Below are positions 13,616-25,029 of a DNA stretch of 64,000 nt, piece after piece. Origin of the DNA: Carcharhinus longimanus. Lineage: Eukaryota. The notes below the pieces were generated by a model. It made no database searches. It was given only the letters and a program-made list of their open reading frames with translations, and was not told where the DNA came from. Positions within the stretch are counted from its first letter, which is position 1; each line of letters starts with the position of its first letter. The stretch covers positions 116,209,457 through 116,273,456 of the forward strand of contig JASCQW010000061.1 in NCBI GenBank assembly GCA_030264375.1. The letters are read 5' to 3'. The position numbers and the translations under genes were made by a program.

Positions 13616-13905
13616 GGTGTGGTGGTGGTATCATTGGCTTAATAATCCAGAGGCCCAAGCTAATGCTGTGGTGTCATAGGTTTCAGTAGCAGCTGGTGTC
13701 ATTTACATTCAATGAATAAATCGGAAGTTGAAAGCTTTATAATGACCATTAAACCTCAAACGCATCAGGTTGATTAATGTGCTTTAGGGAAGGGACTCTG
13801 CTGTTTTAAACCTGGTCTGGCCTATATGTAACTTCAGACCCGCAGCAATGTGGTTAACCCTTAACTGCCCGAGCAATTAGCGATGGAGAACAATTTGCTA
13901 GCATA
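13616..13905 (+). mobile_element. SINE sharing its head and tail with the LINE at 60066-62460
   Basis: aatccagaggcccaagctaatgct...ctttagggaagg...ggtctggcctatatgtaacttcagaccc matches 60100-60340; tail gcaattagcgatgg matches the LINE 3' end. Confidence 0.7.
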
Positions 13906-13914
13906 TCTATTCTA

Positions 13915-14156
13915 TCATAGAATCCCTACAGTGCAGAAGGAGGCCATTCAGTCCATCAAGTCTACACTGACAACAATCCCACCCAGACCCTATCCCCATT
14001 AACCCATGTATTTACCCTGCTAATCCCCCGAACCTAAAAGACAATTTAGCGTGGCCAATCCACCTAACCTGCACATCTTTGGACTGTGGGAGGAAACTGG
14101 TGCACCCAGAGAAAACCCACGTAGACACAGGGAGAATGTGCAAACTCCACACAGAC
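13915..14156 (-). mobile_element. V-SINE/HE1-type SINE (5'-truncated)
   Basis: Reverse complement of the CR1-like tail (tcatagaatccctacagtgcagaaggaggcc) followed by the V domain. Confidence 0.85.
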
Positions 14157-15009
14157 TGATATCAGCTCAAAGTATCTGCCCGTTTAGTACTCAATCAGGA
14201 ACTACTTTTAGTTCTTAATCTGGATAATGGATGAAGAGCTGGTGAGAAAATACAGTCTGAAATGGTAAATAAAAAACTTCAGCCAAAATTTTATACACCT
14301 GTCATAATGAGGGTGGGTCTGGAAAAAGCAGTGGGCTATTCAAAAGTCCATTAACCTTGGCAATAGCAGAAAATCCTGCCAGTAGGAAGAGTTCTATAAT
14401 TCAATCCTTTAAATGCTTTATACCACTGATCTTCCAAAGTTTAATCTCTATATGAGTGAGATTAGGATGGCCACGTTTGAAGCCTTGTCCTATAAATGTC
14501 CCACGATGGTGAGAAGTGTGGATTTCCAGGCCACACACTCCATGGTGAAGGTGGAATGCCAATATATTTCCTAAGTCAAGATGGTCTGTGACTTGGAGGG
14601 GATCTTGAAAATAGTCCTTTAATATTCCTGTTCTTCATCTTCTCAGAGTCCTGGAGATCAAAGGACAGGGTGGTGCTGGTGAAATCTATAGATGCTGGAG
14701 ATCCCGGCTTGTGGAGTGGGAGAAAATACATTGGAAATCATTGAGAAAATAGAGACTTGTAATAAGCTTAAAACATTCAAGCAGTTGAGATTCATAAAAC
14801 AACAGGATTGGATGGAAAAAAATACAATATATTAGAAAATACCAAAGGATCTGACGCTAGATGCAGAAGCTCAAGTACTTTATAAAATAGCTTTATTAAA
14901 CACAGATGTCTAACCTAAAGATTAAAAAAGAGTTACCGCTACAATTTTGAAAGAGAAACAGGGTACTGGGAATTAGCAGCCTGCCTGATTAGCATTCCAT
15001 TCTCAAATT

Positions 15010-15377
15010 TAAACATTCACTCCCTCCACCACTGATGTAGCAGTGTATACCATCTAAAAGATACACTGCCTGAGCTCATCAAGGCTCTTTCAATAGCACC
15101 TTCAAAAACTCTACTGTCTAGAAGGACAAAGGCAACAGATGCATGGGAATACAACCACCTGAAAATTCCTCTCCAAGTCACCATCCTGACTTGGAACTTT
15201 ATCACTTCTCCTTCACTGTCGCTGGGTCAAAGTCCTGGAACTTCCTCCTTAACAGTACTGTGGGTACAGTGGTTCAAGAAGGTTGTTCACCACTTCCTTC
15301 TCAAGGGTAATCGGGATTGGGTGATAAATGATGGCCTAGCCAGCAATGCCCACTTTCTGTGAACAAATTTTTAAAAA
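15010..15377 (+). mobile_element. 3' end of a second LINE family (CR1/L2 superclade)
   Basis: accatcctgacttggaa...cactgtcgctgggtcaaa...ctagccagcaatgccc, the same text as 27230-27570 and 62250-62455. Confidence 0.75.
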
Positions 15378-15645
15378 TGCCACTTATCTTTTATAGTAAG
15401 AAAAACCTTGGTGATTCCTATTATAAAGAAGGAAATTCAAGAGCATTCAACGAGACTGAACTTGATAGTACTTGGGCAACAAGTGATTAGAAAGGTAGAT
15501 TGTGCCAAAGAAAATATAAAAGCATGTGGGGAAGGAGCAGTTCCTGCTTTCTATCTCTCCATCTCCCCTGAAAATGTTATAACTGGGAGTCTGAAGTTTC
15601 CAGCCTTATCCTGACAAGCTCCAATTATAGTTAAAAGACCACCAT

Positions 15646-15978
15646 TGTAATGACTTCAATAGGCCATTGAGGTTGGCCAACTGGGGTATGAACTCCCTGA
15701 TTAAGCATCCAACTGATGGACCAATCAGGGAGTCTTTGCCTTGTGCTTAACCGGGCTTGTCTGTTGCNNNNNNNNNNNNNNNNNNNNNNNNNNNNNNNNN
15801 NNNNNNNNNNNNNNNNNNNNNNNNNNNNNNNNNNNNNNNNNNNNNNNNNNNNNNNNNNNNNNNNNNNCTCTCTCTCTCCCCCCCCGCGATAGACTGCTAG
15901 CAGTCTGTGTACTGGTGTTAGTGGTTGTAAATAAAGGGATTTTGGTGAAGGGACTTCTGCCTCTGAAGACTCATTACA
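15646..15978 (+). mobile_element. Solo LTR
   Basis: TGTAATGA...TCATTACA inverted termini, internal AATAAA, near-TSD accat/atcat; contains a 100-N gap. Confidence 0.75.
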
Positions 15979-17066
15979 ATCATCCTCTAAATTAATTAAT
16001 TCTTCTAAAACTCTACTTCTGTTTCAGTGCTTTTGCATTCAAGTACCAGACCATCAACCCTGACTTCAAAAGTAGAGAAAATGCTTTTTCATCGTTCTTA
16101 TATTTAACCTTCTTTGCTCAATTCTACAACACTGCAAAATTGCTTTTACCTCCAAATATTTAAATATACATTTCCCTTTGCTTTTATCCTCTGCTAATAG
16201 TTTGTAATTATTTAATATTCATCTTTACTGCCTATCTCCAACTTTAAGTTAGCCTGTATGAATGGGTGTATTCAAGCAGAAGCATTGGGGCTGCTTCTTT
16301 CCAAAAATATACATCATGCATAACATCTATAAAAATAAATTATATAAACATTCAAAGTTACCGTTACATAGGGTGCAAACGAAATTAGTTTCTTCCATCG
16401 CTGCATGTTACTCACAACATTTATAATTACAGTTAATAATTACAAGATTTATTACATGTCAAGCACAAAACCTAAGGGCTTTGACACAGTTCTAGTGCCT
16501 TGTTATACTACGGCTGAAAGGTCTTGAGATGGGTGTTGATATTTTATGACAAAGTATTATTATTAAATGAGCAGTTGGCATTGAACTAATTGAAGCACTT
16601 TCTGCTACAGTAAACCACTTCATTGAGCTTGTGTTGAGGAGCGAGGGTGGTGTTGTGCATGTTAATATCAAGTGGTAACTACCATAGGGTTTAGTGTTCA
16701 ACCTAGCACACAGTAAACAATGGGTGACAAAATCCATACCTATCCAGTTTGTAAATTCCTCAATCCATTTTAAAACTCCTGGTCCCTGGCACTGCACATC
16801 ATTCTCAGATGACCCATACTGAACCCTTTGTATTTGAGGCGCCCAGTGAAGCTGCCACTGACTCCCCTCTGCTCTCTGAGTTCCCCCGGGGTACCGGTTG
16901 CACAAATTCTGGCAGGAAACCCAAAGTAGGGCTCTTGAACATGTGTCTCATAGCCTCGAGTATTAATCAACTTCTCACTCCAATATCCTCATTCTCCCAG
17001 CTATTTATCTGTCCACTGTCTGTCTGACAATTTTTTCTGATCATACATGGCCTTGAGTAAAGAGGT

Positions 17067-17410
17067 TAGAATCATAGAAACCCTGTGGTGCAGAGGAAGG
17101 CCATTTGGCCTATCGAGTCTGCACCAACAACAATCCCACCTAAGTCCTATCTCCGAAACCTCATATATTTACTCTGCTAACACCTCTGATCTACGCATCC
17201 AGGGGCACTAAGAGGCAATTGAGCATGGCCAATCCACCTAACCTGCACATCTTTGGAGTGTGGTAGGAAACTAGAGCACTGGAAGTAACCCACGTAGACA
17301 CAGGGAGAATGTGCAAACTCCACACAAACAGTGACCCAAGCTGGGAATCGAACCCAGGCTCCTGGAGCTGTAAGGCAGCAGTGCCAACCACAGTGCCACC
17401 GTGCCACCCT
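17067..17410 (-). mobile_element. V-SINE/HE1-type SINE, full length
   Basis: Reverse complement of gggtggcacggtggcactgtggttggcactgctgcc head, B box, V domain and CR1-like tail. Confidence 0.9.
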
Positions 17411-18149
17411 TTGTAATACTGTTTAAAATGCACTTTTCCACTCCCTTATTTACTCCAGTTCTATGTCCTTCACTTACTACCAAGTAGTATTCGGGGTTTA
17501 TCATTTAATCCTTCGCGAGGCTTGTGTCCTGTAAAGGTTTTCTATCCTGATCTCTCTAATATTTCTTCATATCCCATCTCTTTTATACTTGGTATTATTC
17601 TTGAACATATCAAATAGATCATTACCCATGAATTTGCCAATACTAGTCCAAGTAAATTTGTTTTTATTTCTCACAGTTTGTATAGTGTGCAGTTTAGACA
17701 GCAATATAATTTCTTTGACATTTTAAACAAACCTATTCATTGAAAGTATTACAAAGGGAAAGGATTGAAAACATTGAGATAAATTGGACGATCTGGGACT
17801 GCTAATATAAAATTTTCCAAAACCGGAGGCTGTGTTCGGAATTTGGCTTGTGAGTTTCATGGACCCTCTGATATCTTGCCTGAATATAGTCTCCTGTTGC
17901 TTAATGCACTGAGTCTTGTAGTTTACACTTACAATTTTTGTTGGTGTGGCTTAAAGAGGAATCATTCATAACATGCATGTTATATCAGTATCTCACAAAA
18001 GATGGGAGTAATTAGACTTCAGTTTTAGCTTGTTACTTCTTGATGGAATATTTTGAGGTTCTGGAAGTGAGAGTGCCTCATTATTATGATGCCATTATGA
18101 ATGTTAATTTGGAGATACCGTTTCATCCTTGTTCCTTTTTGTTTTCTAG

Positions 18150-18232
18150 CTTTGTCACAAACTGTATGAAATAATGAGCAAGCTCGGAGAGCAACATGCT
18201 GACAAAGCATTTAGCATCCAAGGTGCACCCAG
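18150..18232 (+). CDS. AMPH: Amphiphysin exon (end of BAR domain): LCHKLYEIMSKLGEQHADKAFSIQGAP
   Basis: Strong pyrimidine tract + TAG at 18147-18149, GTATTG donor 18233; 83 nt, phase 0-2; matches recalled AMPH LCHKLYEVMTKLGDQHADKAFTIQGAP. Confidence 0.97.
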
Positions 18233-18367
18233 GTATTGTACCTCATGAAAACTTAAATCATTGTCGCTTTAGTTTAAGATAAATTTGCACAACTTTCTCG
18301 ACAAACTTAAGAAACAATTTTACAAGTTAGAGTTTCTTCATTGAAGTGGGTTTTTATAGAATCATAG

Positions 18368-18490
18368 GACAGGATTTTATGGCTTCACTCGTCCTGAAAC
18401 TGTAAAATCCCACCTGAGGTCAATGGACCTTCCTATGCTCCACCCCTCACATGCTCCGATTCCCATGGCAGGTGGGCTGGTAAAAGTCCT
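18368..18490. mobile_element. Short (~130 bp) MITE-like element
   Basis: Inverted ends ggattttat...gtaaaagtcc; related copies at ~14272-14405, 19855-19960, 23880-24005 and 48292-48420. Confidence 0.55.
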
Positions 18491-19025
18491 ACAGTGTGAG
18501 AAGAGGCCTTTCAGCCCATTGAGTCTGTACCAACTCTCTGACAGAATATCTGATCCTGGCCCTAGTCATAGAATCCCTACCGTACAGAAGGAGGCCCTTC
18601 AGCCCATCGAGTCTGTACTGACCACAATCTCACCCAAGCCCTATTTCCATAATCTCACGCATTTACCCTGCCTATCCCCCTGACACTGAGGGGCAATTTA
18701 GCATGGCCAATCAACCTAACCTGCACCCAGAGGAAATCCACACAGACACGGGAAGAATGTGCAAACTGCACAGTCACCCAAGACAGGAATTGAACCCGGG
18801 GCCCTGGCGCTGTGAGGCAGCGGTGCTAACCACTGTGACACCATGCCAACCCAAAGTCACATGTAAGGCTCATATTAATACTGCAATGAAGTTATTGTGA
18901 AAATCCCTGTCCTATCCCTGTAACTCCACACTTTTACCATGGCAATCCATCTAACCTACACATCTTGGGACACTCAAAGGGCAATTTAGCATAGCCAGTC
19001 CACTTAACTGGTACATCTTTGGACT
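18490..19025 (-). mobile_element. Nested cluster of V-SINE/HE1-type SINEs
   Basis: A full SINE (~18565-18850) and a tail fragment sit inside an older SINE copy. Confidence 0.8.
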
Positions 19026-20214
19026 TTTGGATTTTGTAGATATGGAGGGAGTAGTTGTAATGCAGCCCATGGATCAACTGATGGGATCAGGCCAACCGGC
19101 TCACTTTGTACCTGCTCAATTTTACTTTCCATTTATACTTGTCCCTTGCTCATGCTGCCCCTGCTGTCCGTCCTGGTGGGAATCGTTTACCTCCTTCACT
19201 TACCACTGTGGGGGGATCCTTTTTGGAAAACTTCATTTTTATTGGTACTATTTAGCAATCAGATCTGTCATCATCCGATTGAAAGCTGTGACAAGCTTGA
19301 GAAACTGCATGGCTAACTTTTGTCCTATTGTTCATATAATTGATTGAGTGTTCAAACCTTCCAGTAAAATTAGAATCAGTATTGACCCCCTAATATCAGC
19401 ACCTAAACGAAAGGCTGCAGGGAGATCTCAATTTTCACTATGCCTGAAGCTAAAGAGTTCTGAATCCAGTGTATGAAAATACACTAAGCATAAAGGTTAA
19501 TACAGAACATATTGCCGTGAATGGGCAGATGTCATTATCCAAAACTGATTCAGAAACATCCAGAGTGAAGGTCCTAAATCACCCCTTTGCAGGTCTTATT
19601 CTTTTTAGAGTTTCTTTCATATTAAAGCATGTTTCCCACTAATGTTAATACTGATGCATTCTCATTGTCTAGTAGATAGGACTGTGGATAGTTAGGCTCC
19701 TAAAGGGGGAGACTATGCACTCTATATCAAACCAATCTGTGTCTATATGTTTGAACATGTGTGCATGCATGTAAGTGTGCACAAGCAGTGTATCATACAC
19801 CTGATTGCCCAAAAGAATCCTGTTTGCACATTTTCATGATTTGATGACACAGTGGCTGGGAATTTGCGATGGGAATCATTGCGGGGTGGGATGGCAAAGT
19901 TGACAGATCAACAAAAGGTCCATTCGCTTTGGTCAGTGGGACTGGAAAGTCCTGTTGTGTTTTTCCATATAGTCTGTTCCCTCCCCCTGCCTGTTTACAA
20001 AGCTGTTGACTCAGTACAGTACACTCGAAATACAGTGACTAAGATAAGGATGCCTGGATTAGTTGGGATGTTGGCATGCTAGGTTTTATCACTGGTACTT
20101 GCCTGTCTTCTAGTGGGCTTTGCATCGAGGAATTGGAATCCAGCACAAGGTGAGGTGTTGAGTTCTGGGCCTGACTGTAGGCCACAGGATCTCCAAGTTG
20201 CTGCTGGAAAAGAA

Positions 20215-20450
20215 TACCCAGTAAGGATCCATGACAGGGTACAATATGGGCTGCAAAAGGAAATTAAATGGGTGGGGTAGAGTCAACAAAAGAATTTAGA
20301 GTATAACAGGCTATGGGAATTAGTTTAAAGGGTCGGGGTAGAGTCCACAATAGAATAGAACATACATGGTCCGTGGAAGAAGATCAGATGGGTGGGCAGA
20401 GTCCATGACAGAGTTGGGGGTACATGCTGGAAAGAGATTAAATAGATTAG
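20215..20450. repeat. Degenerate ~60-bp tandem repeat (about 4 copies)
   Basis: gggtggggtagagtc(a/c)a(c/t) recurs at ~20270, ~20330 and ~20390. Confidence 0.55.
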
Positions 20451-21604
20451 TGATGACAATGATACGGTAGCGTCCATGGGATGTCAAAAGACTTAAAGAG
20501 CTGAAAGGCCCATTCTTATTTCTGGCTTCTTTGTGTTCTTAAATTGTTTCTGAAAATCTAATTTGATTACTATTAGGTTCTTACCACGGAAGTACTGTAG
20601 GTCTTTCTGACATCAAAGTCAAGAGTGTTTCATGTTTTAACCGATTAGTAGTTGGATATGATCAAATGTTTGATGTTATTTCACACTGTTTTTTGCTACT
20701 GTTACAAAGGACATGGAGGTAGGTTTGGAGTGTGTGTGATGTAGACACAGTTGGTAGTAGCAGTGATTAGTTTTTGATTGTGACTAGGAATACCAAATCA
20801 TGTGAGCCTTAGTCCTGCTAGGAGGCTTAGCTCTTGGCCTTCTGNNNNNNNNNNNNNNNNNNNNNNNNNNNNNNNNNNNNNNNNNNNNNNNNNNNNNNNN
20901 NNNNNNNNNNNNNNNNNNNNNNNNNNNNNNNNNNNNNNNNNNNNNNNNNNNNNNNNNNNNNNNNNNNNNNNNNNNNNNNNNNNNNNNNNNNNNNNNNNNN
21001 NNNNNNNNNNNNNNNNNNNNNNNNNNNNNNNNNNNNNNNNNNNNNNNNNNNNNNNNNNNNNNNNNNNNNNNNNNNNNNNNNNNNNNNNNNNNNNNNNNNN
21101 NNNNNNNNNNNNNNNNNNNNNNNNNNNNNNNNNNNNNNNNNNNNNNNNNNNNNNNNNNNNNNNNNNNNNNNNNNNNNNNNNNNNNNNNNNNNNNNNNNNN
21201 NNNNNNNNNNNNNNNNNNNNNNNNNNNNNNNNNNNNNNNNNNNNNNNNNAGCCATGATCTTATTGAATGGCGGGGCAGGCTCGAAGGGCTAGATGGCCTA
21301 CTCCTGCTCCTATTTCTTATGTCATGCCAGGGTAAATGGCTGTATTGTGGCTGTGTTCACAAGGGGAAGATGTTTGCGGTGTGTGTGATGGAACAGTGAA
21401 GTGATAGTTGAAGCTTTAACCTGAATAGTACTTAACAGAGCAACGGCACCGGTCCCGGAAGCTTGTGTGAAAGGTGTTTTGGTAGAAGATTGGAGAAGGG
21501 TGACACAATTTTAGATCCAGATTTTTGGTCAAAACCAATGTCACTGACAGGTATACAGAACAATTTTACATTATTCACTAGCTAATTTTTGGTTTGCTGT
21601 TCAG

Positions 21605-21755
21605 TGACTCGGGACCATTGAGAATTTCCAAGACCCCGACACCACCTGAAGAACCGTCTCCACCCACTAGCCCAGTGACCAGTCCTAATCATACTTTGGC
21701 ACCTTTGGCAGCATCACCAGCTCATACTCCGACTCGCCCCAAGTCACCCTCTCAG
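21605..21755 (+). CDS. AMPH: Amphiphysin exon (proline-rich, SP/TP-rich region): (S)DSGPLRISKTPTPPEEPSPPTSPVTSPNHTLAPLAASPAHTPTRPKSPSQ
   Basis: CAG acceptor 21602-21604, GTAAAG donor 21756; 151 nt, phase 2-0; contained in ORF 21594..21839; many SP/TP proline-directed kinase sites. Confidence 0.96.
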
Positions 21756-23199
21756 GTAAAGTTTGAGAACAAAGGCAAAATGTTGTGGATGCAGGAGTCA
21801 GGTAGTATTGTGTTGTACTTAACAGCACAGACAAAATGAACATTTTCTCCTTTGCACATATTGTGTCCCACCTGCTGCACAGACAGTCAGGTTTGAACCA
21901 TTGGCATTGTGGCTGCAAATGTGGAAAATTCTGCAAAATGCACAACATTTCATTCAGCAGCTGCGAGGCAGATGTTTTGGATGTAAAGCTCTTGATAAAT
22001 GTTAACACTTCATCTATAAATCACAAATGCCTGTTGCCACTTTTCCATATCCTCAGGCCTTGGGCACGCTGATTCTCAACTAGTTGTGACCAGGTCCCTG
22101 ATGACCTGGTTCCTGTTCTGATTTACAGAGACTGGGCTATTTAAGTAGCTGGCACAGAAATGAAAGCCCGCATGAATTTAATGAAGTGCCCAGAATTGGC
22201 TCATGCTAGGAAATGAGAACAATGCCATGCTGTTCTGACTGGAAGGATGGAAATTACCAGGGAAATGTAAGGTTTAGTTGGAAGATAATCTATCCTGTAT
22301 TGGGATCAATTACTAATACCCAGGAACCTTATGAGGCCTTTCTTGGGCTCAGTAGCGAATATGTATCAACTCTCAAGAGGGCATGGGTTTGAGGTTTAGT
22401 TTGGGGGAGACGTGTGGGGAAAGTCTTTTACATAGAGGGCGGTGGGTGCACTGCCAGTGGAGGCGGTGGAAGCAGGCACATTAGCAACATTCAAGGTGTA
22501 TCTTGATAGATACGTGAGCAGGAGGCGAACACAGCCTTAGAAATCCTATGTTGGCACAGGCTTGGTGGGCCAAGTGGCCTGTTCCTCGCTGTATTGTACT
22601 TTGTCCTCAGTGGTATGACTTCCACTGGGCCTCCAGATAGTCTGGAGTCCCTGAGCAGTTGAAGAACTTCCCCATAAATAGTTTGACGTGCGGAGAGGTA
22701 TAAGCTGGTCGAATATCCATTAGTTTTGCCACCTGGCAAGAGTGGAATTCCACCAGACCCGAGTTCCATCCAAAAATAAACTATACATCCTTTCACCACA
22801 TCAAAATTCCAGAGCCCCTGAGGGTGATTTCCTGCTGGAGGAAATCAGAGTACCTGGAGGAAACCCACGGAAACACTGGGAGAAGGTACACATTCCACCC
22901 AAGGCTGAAATCGAACCTGGGTTCCAAGAGCTGTGCCAATCATTGTGCTACTGTGCCATTATACAGCTCGATTGCATTTAAGTGCGGTGTTTTCAGCTAA
23001 ACGATGTTAGTATTGTGATCCAGTTTATGTGCCAACCTGAAGATAAACACAGCCCACTGGCTTACATAGACTTCAGTCTATGATTCCTCACAATAAGATT
23101 TCCAGGGCGTGCAAGATTACGGAATCTGTCCTCTTAGGCTGTTGTTTCTGTGACAAACTTGTTCTCATTCCTCTCCCTTCTCCTTCCTGATGTGTCCAG

Positions 23200-23328
23200 C
23201 TAAGAAAAGGACCTCCGGTCCCACCACCTCCAAAACTCACCCCAACAAAGGAGCTGCACCAGGAAAACATTATCAACTTCTTTGAGGACAACTTTGTTCC
23301 CAAGATCAATGTCACCAGTCCATCTCAG
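23200..23328 (+). CDS. AMPH: Amphiphysin exon (PxxP segment + AP2-binding FxDxF): [43 protein letters not shown]
   Basis: CAG acceptor 23197-23199, GTGAGC donor 23329; 129 nt, phase 0-0; FEDNF AP2 alpha-appendage motif and a PxIxIT-like PKINVT. Confidence 0.97.
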
Positions 23329-24254
23329 GTGAGCTGACTTTGCAACTGTACTGCTTAGCCAGGCCTACCTAAGTTTATTTCATATCACAGAAGGTGTGTA
23401 GGATGCGTGTGGGCCGAATGTGCGTGAGCAATATTCCCTGACGCCTTTCCAGTTAGTGACAAAAATTACATTGGTGGATAAAACTTGTCACTTTTCAGTC
23501 ATGTTCAGGAAATGTCATCACTATTTGCTTTTGGTAATTGCTTGCTATCCACAGAGCTAATGATATGAAAGAAAAACCTTGCATTTGTTTAATGCCTTTC
23601 ATAATCTCTGGACATCTCAAAGTGCTTACAGCTAATTAAATATTCTTTAATTATAGTCCTTATTATAATGAAGGAAGCGGTCGCATCATAAGCCAAATCA
23701 GACAGCAAAAATGAAATAAAAGGCCAGGTACCTGTTTTGTGAGATGGCGATTGAAGGATAAGTGTTGGTCGGGGCATCTTGCTCAACTTCAAAAAGTGGT
23801 TGTGTCCACTTGAAAAAGCAGAAAGGGCATCAGTTCAATGTCTCATCAATAAAGCAGTGTTTCCTTAGTGCTGAGTGTTAGGGAGGAGTTTTCTGATCTT
23901 GCCCACCCCGGAATTTCCATCAGAGATCAATGGATCTTTGGCTTGTCTGTCATATTTATAGTCCCACCTGTGACGATTCCCACGGCAGACGAAACTGGAA
24001 GATTTAGGCACGAGTTTGGACTCTATACTCAAAATCNNNNNNNNNNNNNNNNNNNNNNNNNNNNNNNNNNNNNNNNNNNNNNNNNNNNNNNNNNNNNNNN
24101 NNNNNNNNNNNNNNNNNNNNNNNNNNNNNNNNNNNNAGGCACGAGTTTGGACTCTATACTCAAAATCTTGGGATTACAAGGTCAGAAAACTCGGCAGTGC
24201 ATCTGGAGAGAAACACACCGGTTTTCAGTCAGAGCCTGACACTCTGATGAATAG

Positions 24255-24552
24255 GGGTGGCACAGTAGCACCGTGGTTAGCGCCAGGGACCCGGGTTCTA
24301 TTCCTGGCTCGGGTCACTGTCTGTGTGGAGTTTGCACATTCTCCCACATCTGTGTGAGTTTCCTCCGGGTGCTCCTGTTTCCTCCCACAGTCCAAAGATG
24401 TGTGGGCTAGGTGAATTGGCCATGTGAAATTGCCCCTTAGTCTCAGGGGGATGAGCTAGGGTAAATGCATGGGGTTATGGGGTTAGGGCCTGGGTGGAAT
24501 TGTGGTTGGTGCAGATGGGCCTCCTTCTGCATGGTGGGGATTCTATGATCTA
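24255..24552 (+). mobile_element. V-SINE/HE1-type SINE
   Basis: ggtggcacagtagcaccgtggttagcgccagggacccgggttc head, V domain, gattctatgat tail. Confidence 0.88.
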
Positions 24553-25029
24553 TAACTCTTTTGCCAAATGAACTGTAGTGATTTAAGAAGAAGGCTCACC
24601 ATCACTACCTATGGGGCAGGTTTATAGCCTAGTTAGCAACAACTATATCCTGCAATTTTTTTGTTGCATCACTGGAACAGGGCATGAACCCACAACCTTC
24701 TAACTTAGCAGCAAGATCAGTACAACTGAGCCAAGGTTCTACCCATATATGTGCTAGAAGTAAGTGATGTATGATCTATGTACTATCAGTGTGTGTTTTT
24801 TTACATTGTGCTATGATATCTTCTTCCTGGATTGTGTACTTTTAACTAAAGTTACAGCATATTGTGAAGTATTTGCAGATGGCTTATACTGCCCTGTAAA
24901 TTCTGCATTTGATTTTCATTGTTAGTGGCTGAGTACAGTGACTTTTTATGCCAGGAATACCCGTGGGTTTGTGCTGCTAGTAACCTTTGATTCATTGGGA
25001 ATGGGAATGGGAAACGCAGGGAAGGTGGC

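Noticed and set aside
24006-24167. 31-bp direct repeat flanking a 100-N gap
   Set aside because: Identical sequence on both sides of a fixed-size gap indicates unmerged overlapping contig ends; a real insertion with a TSD cannot be shown without reads.
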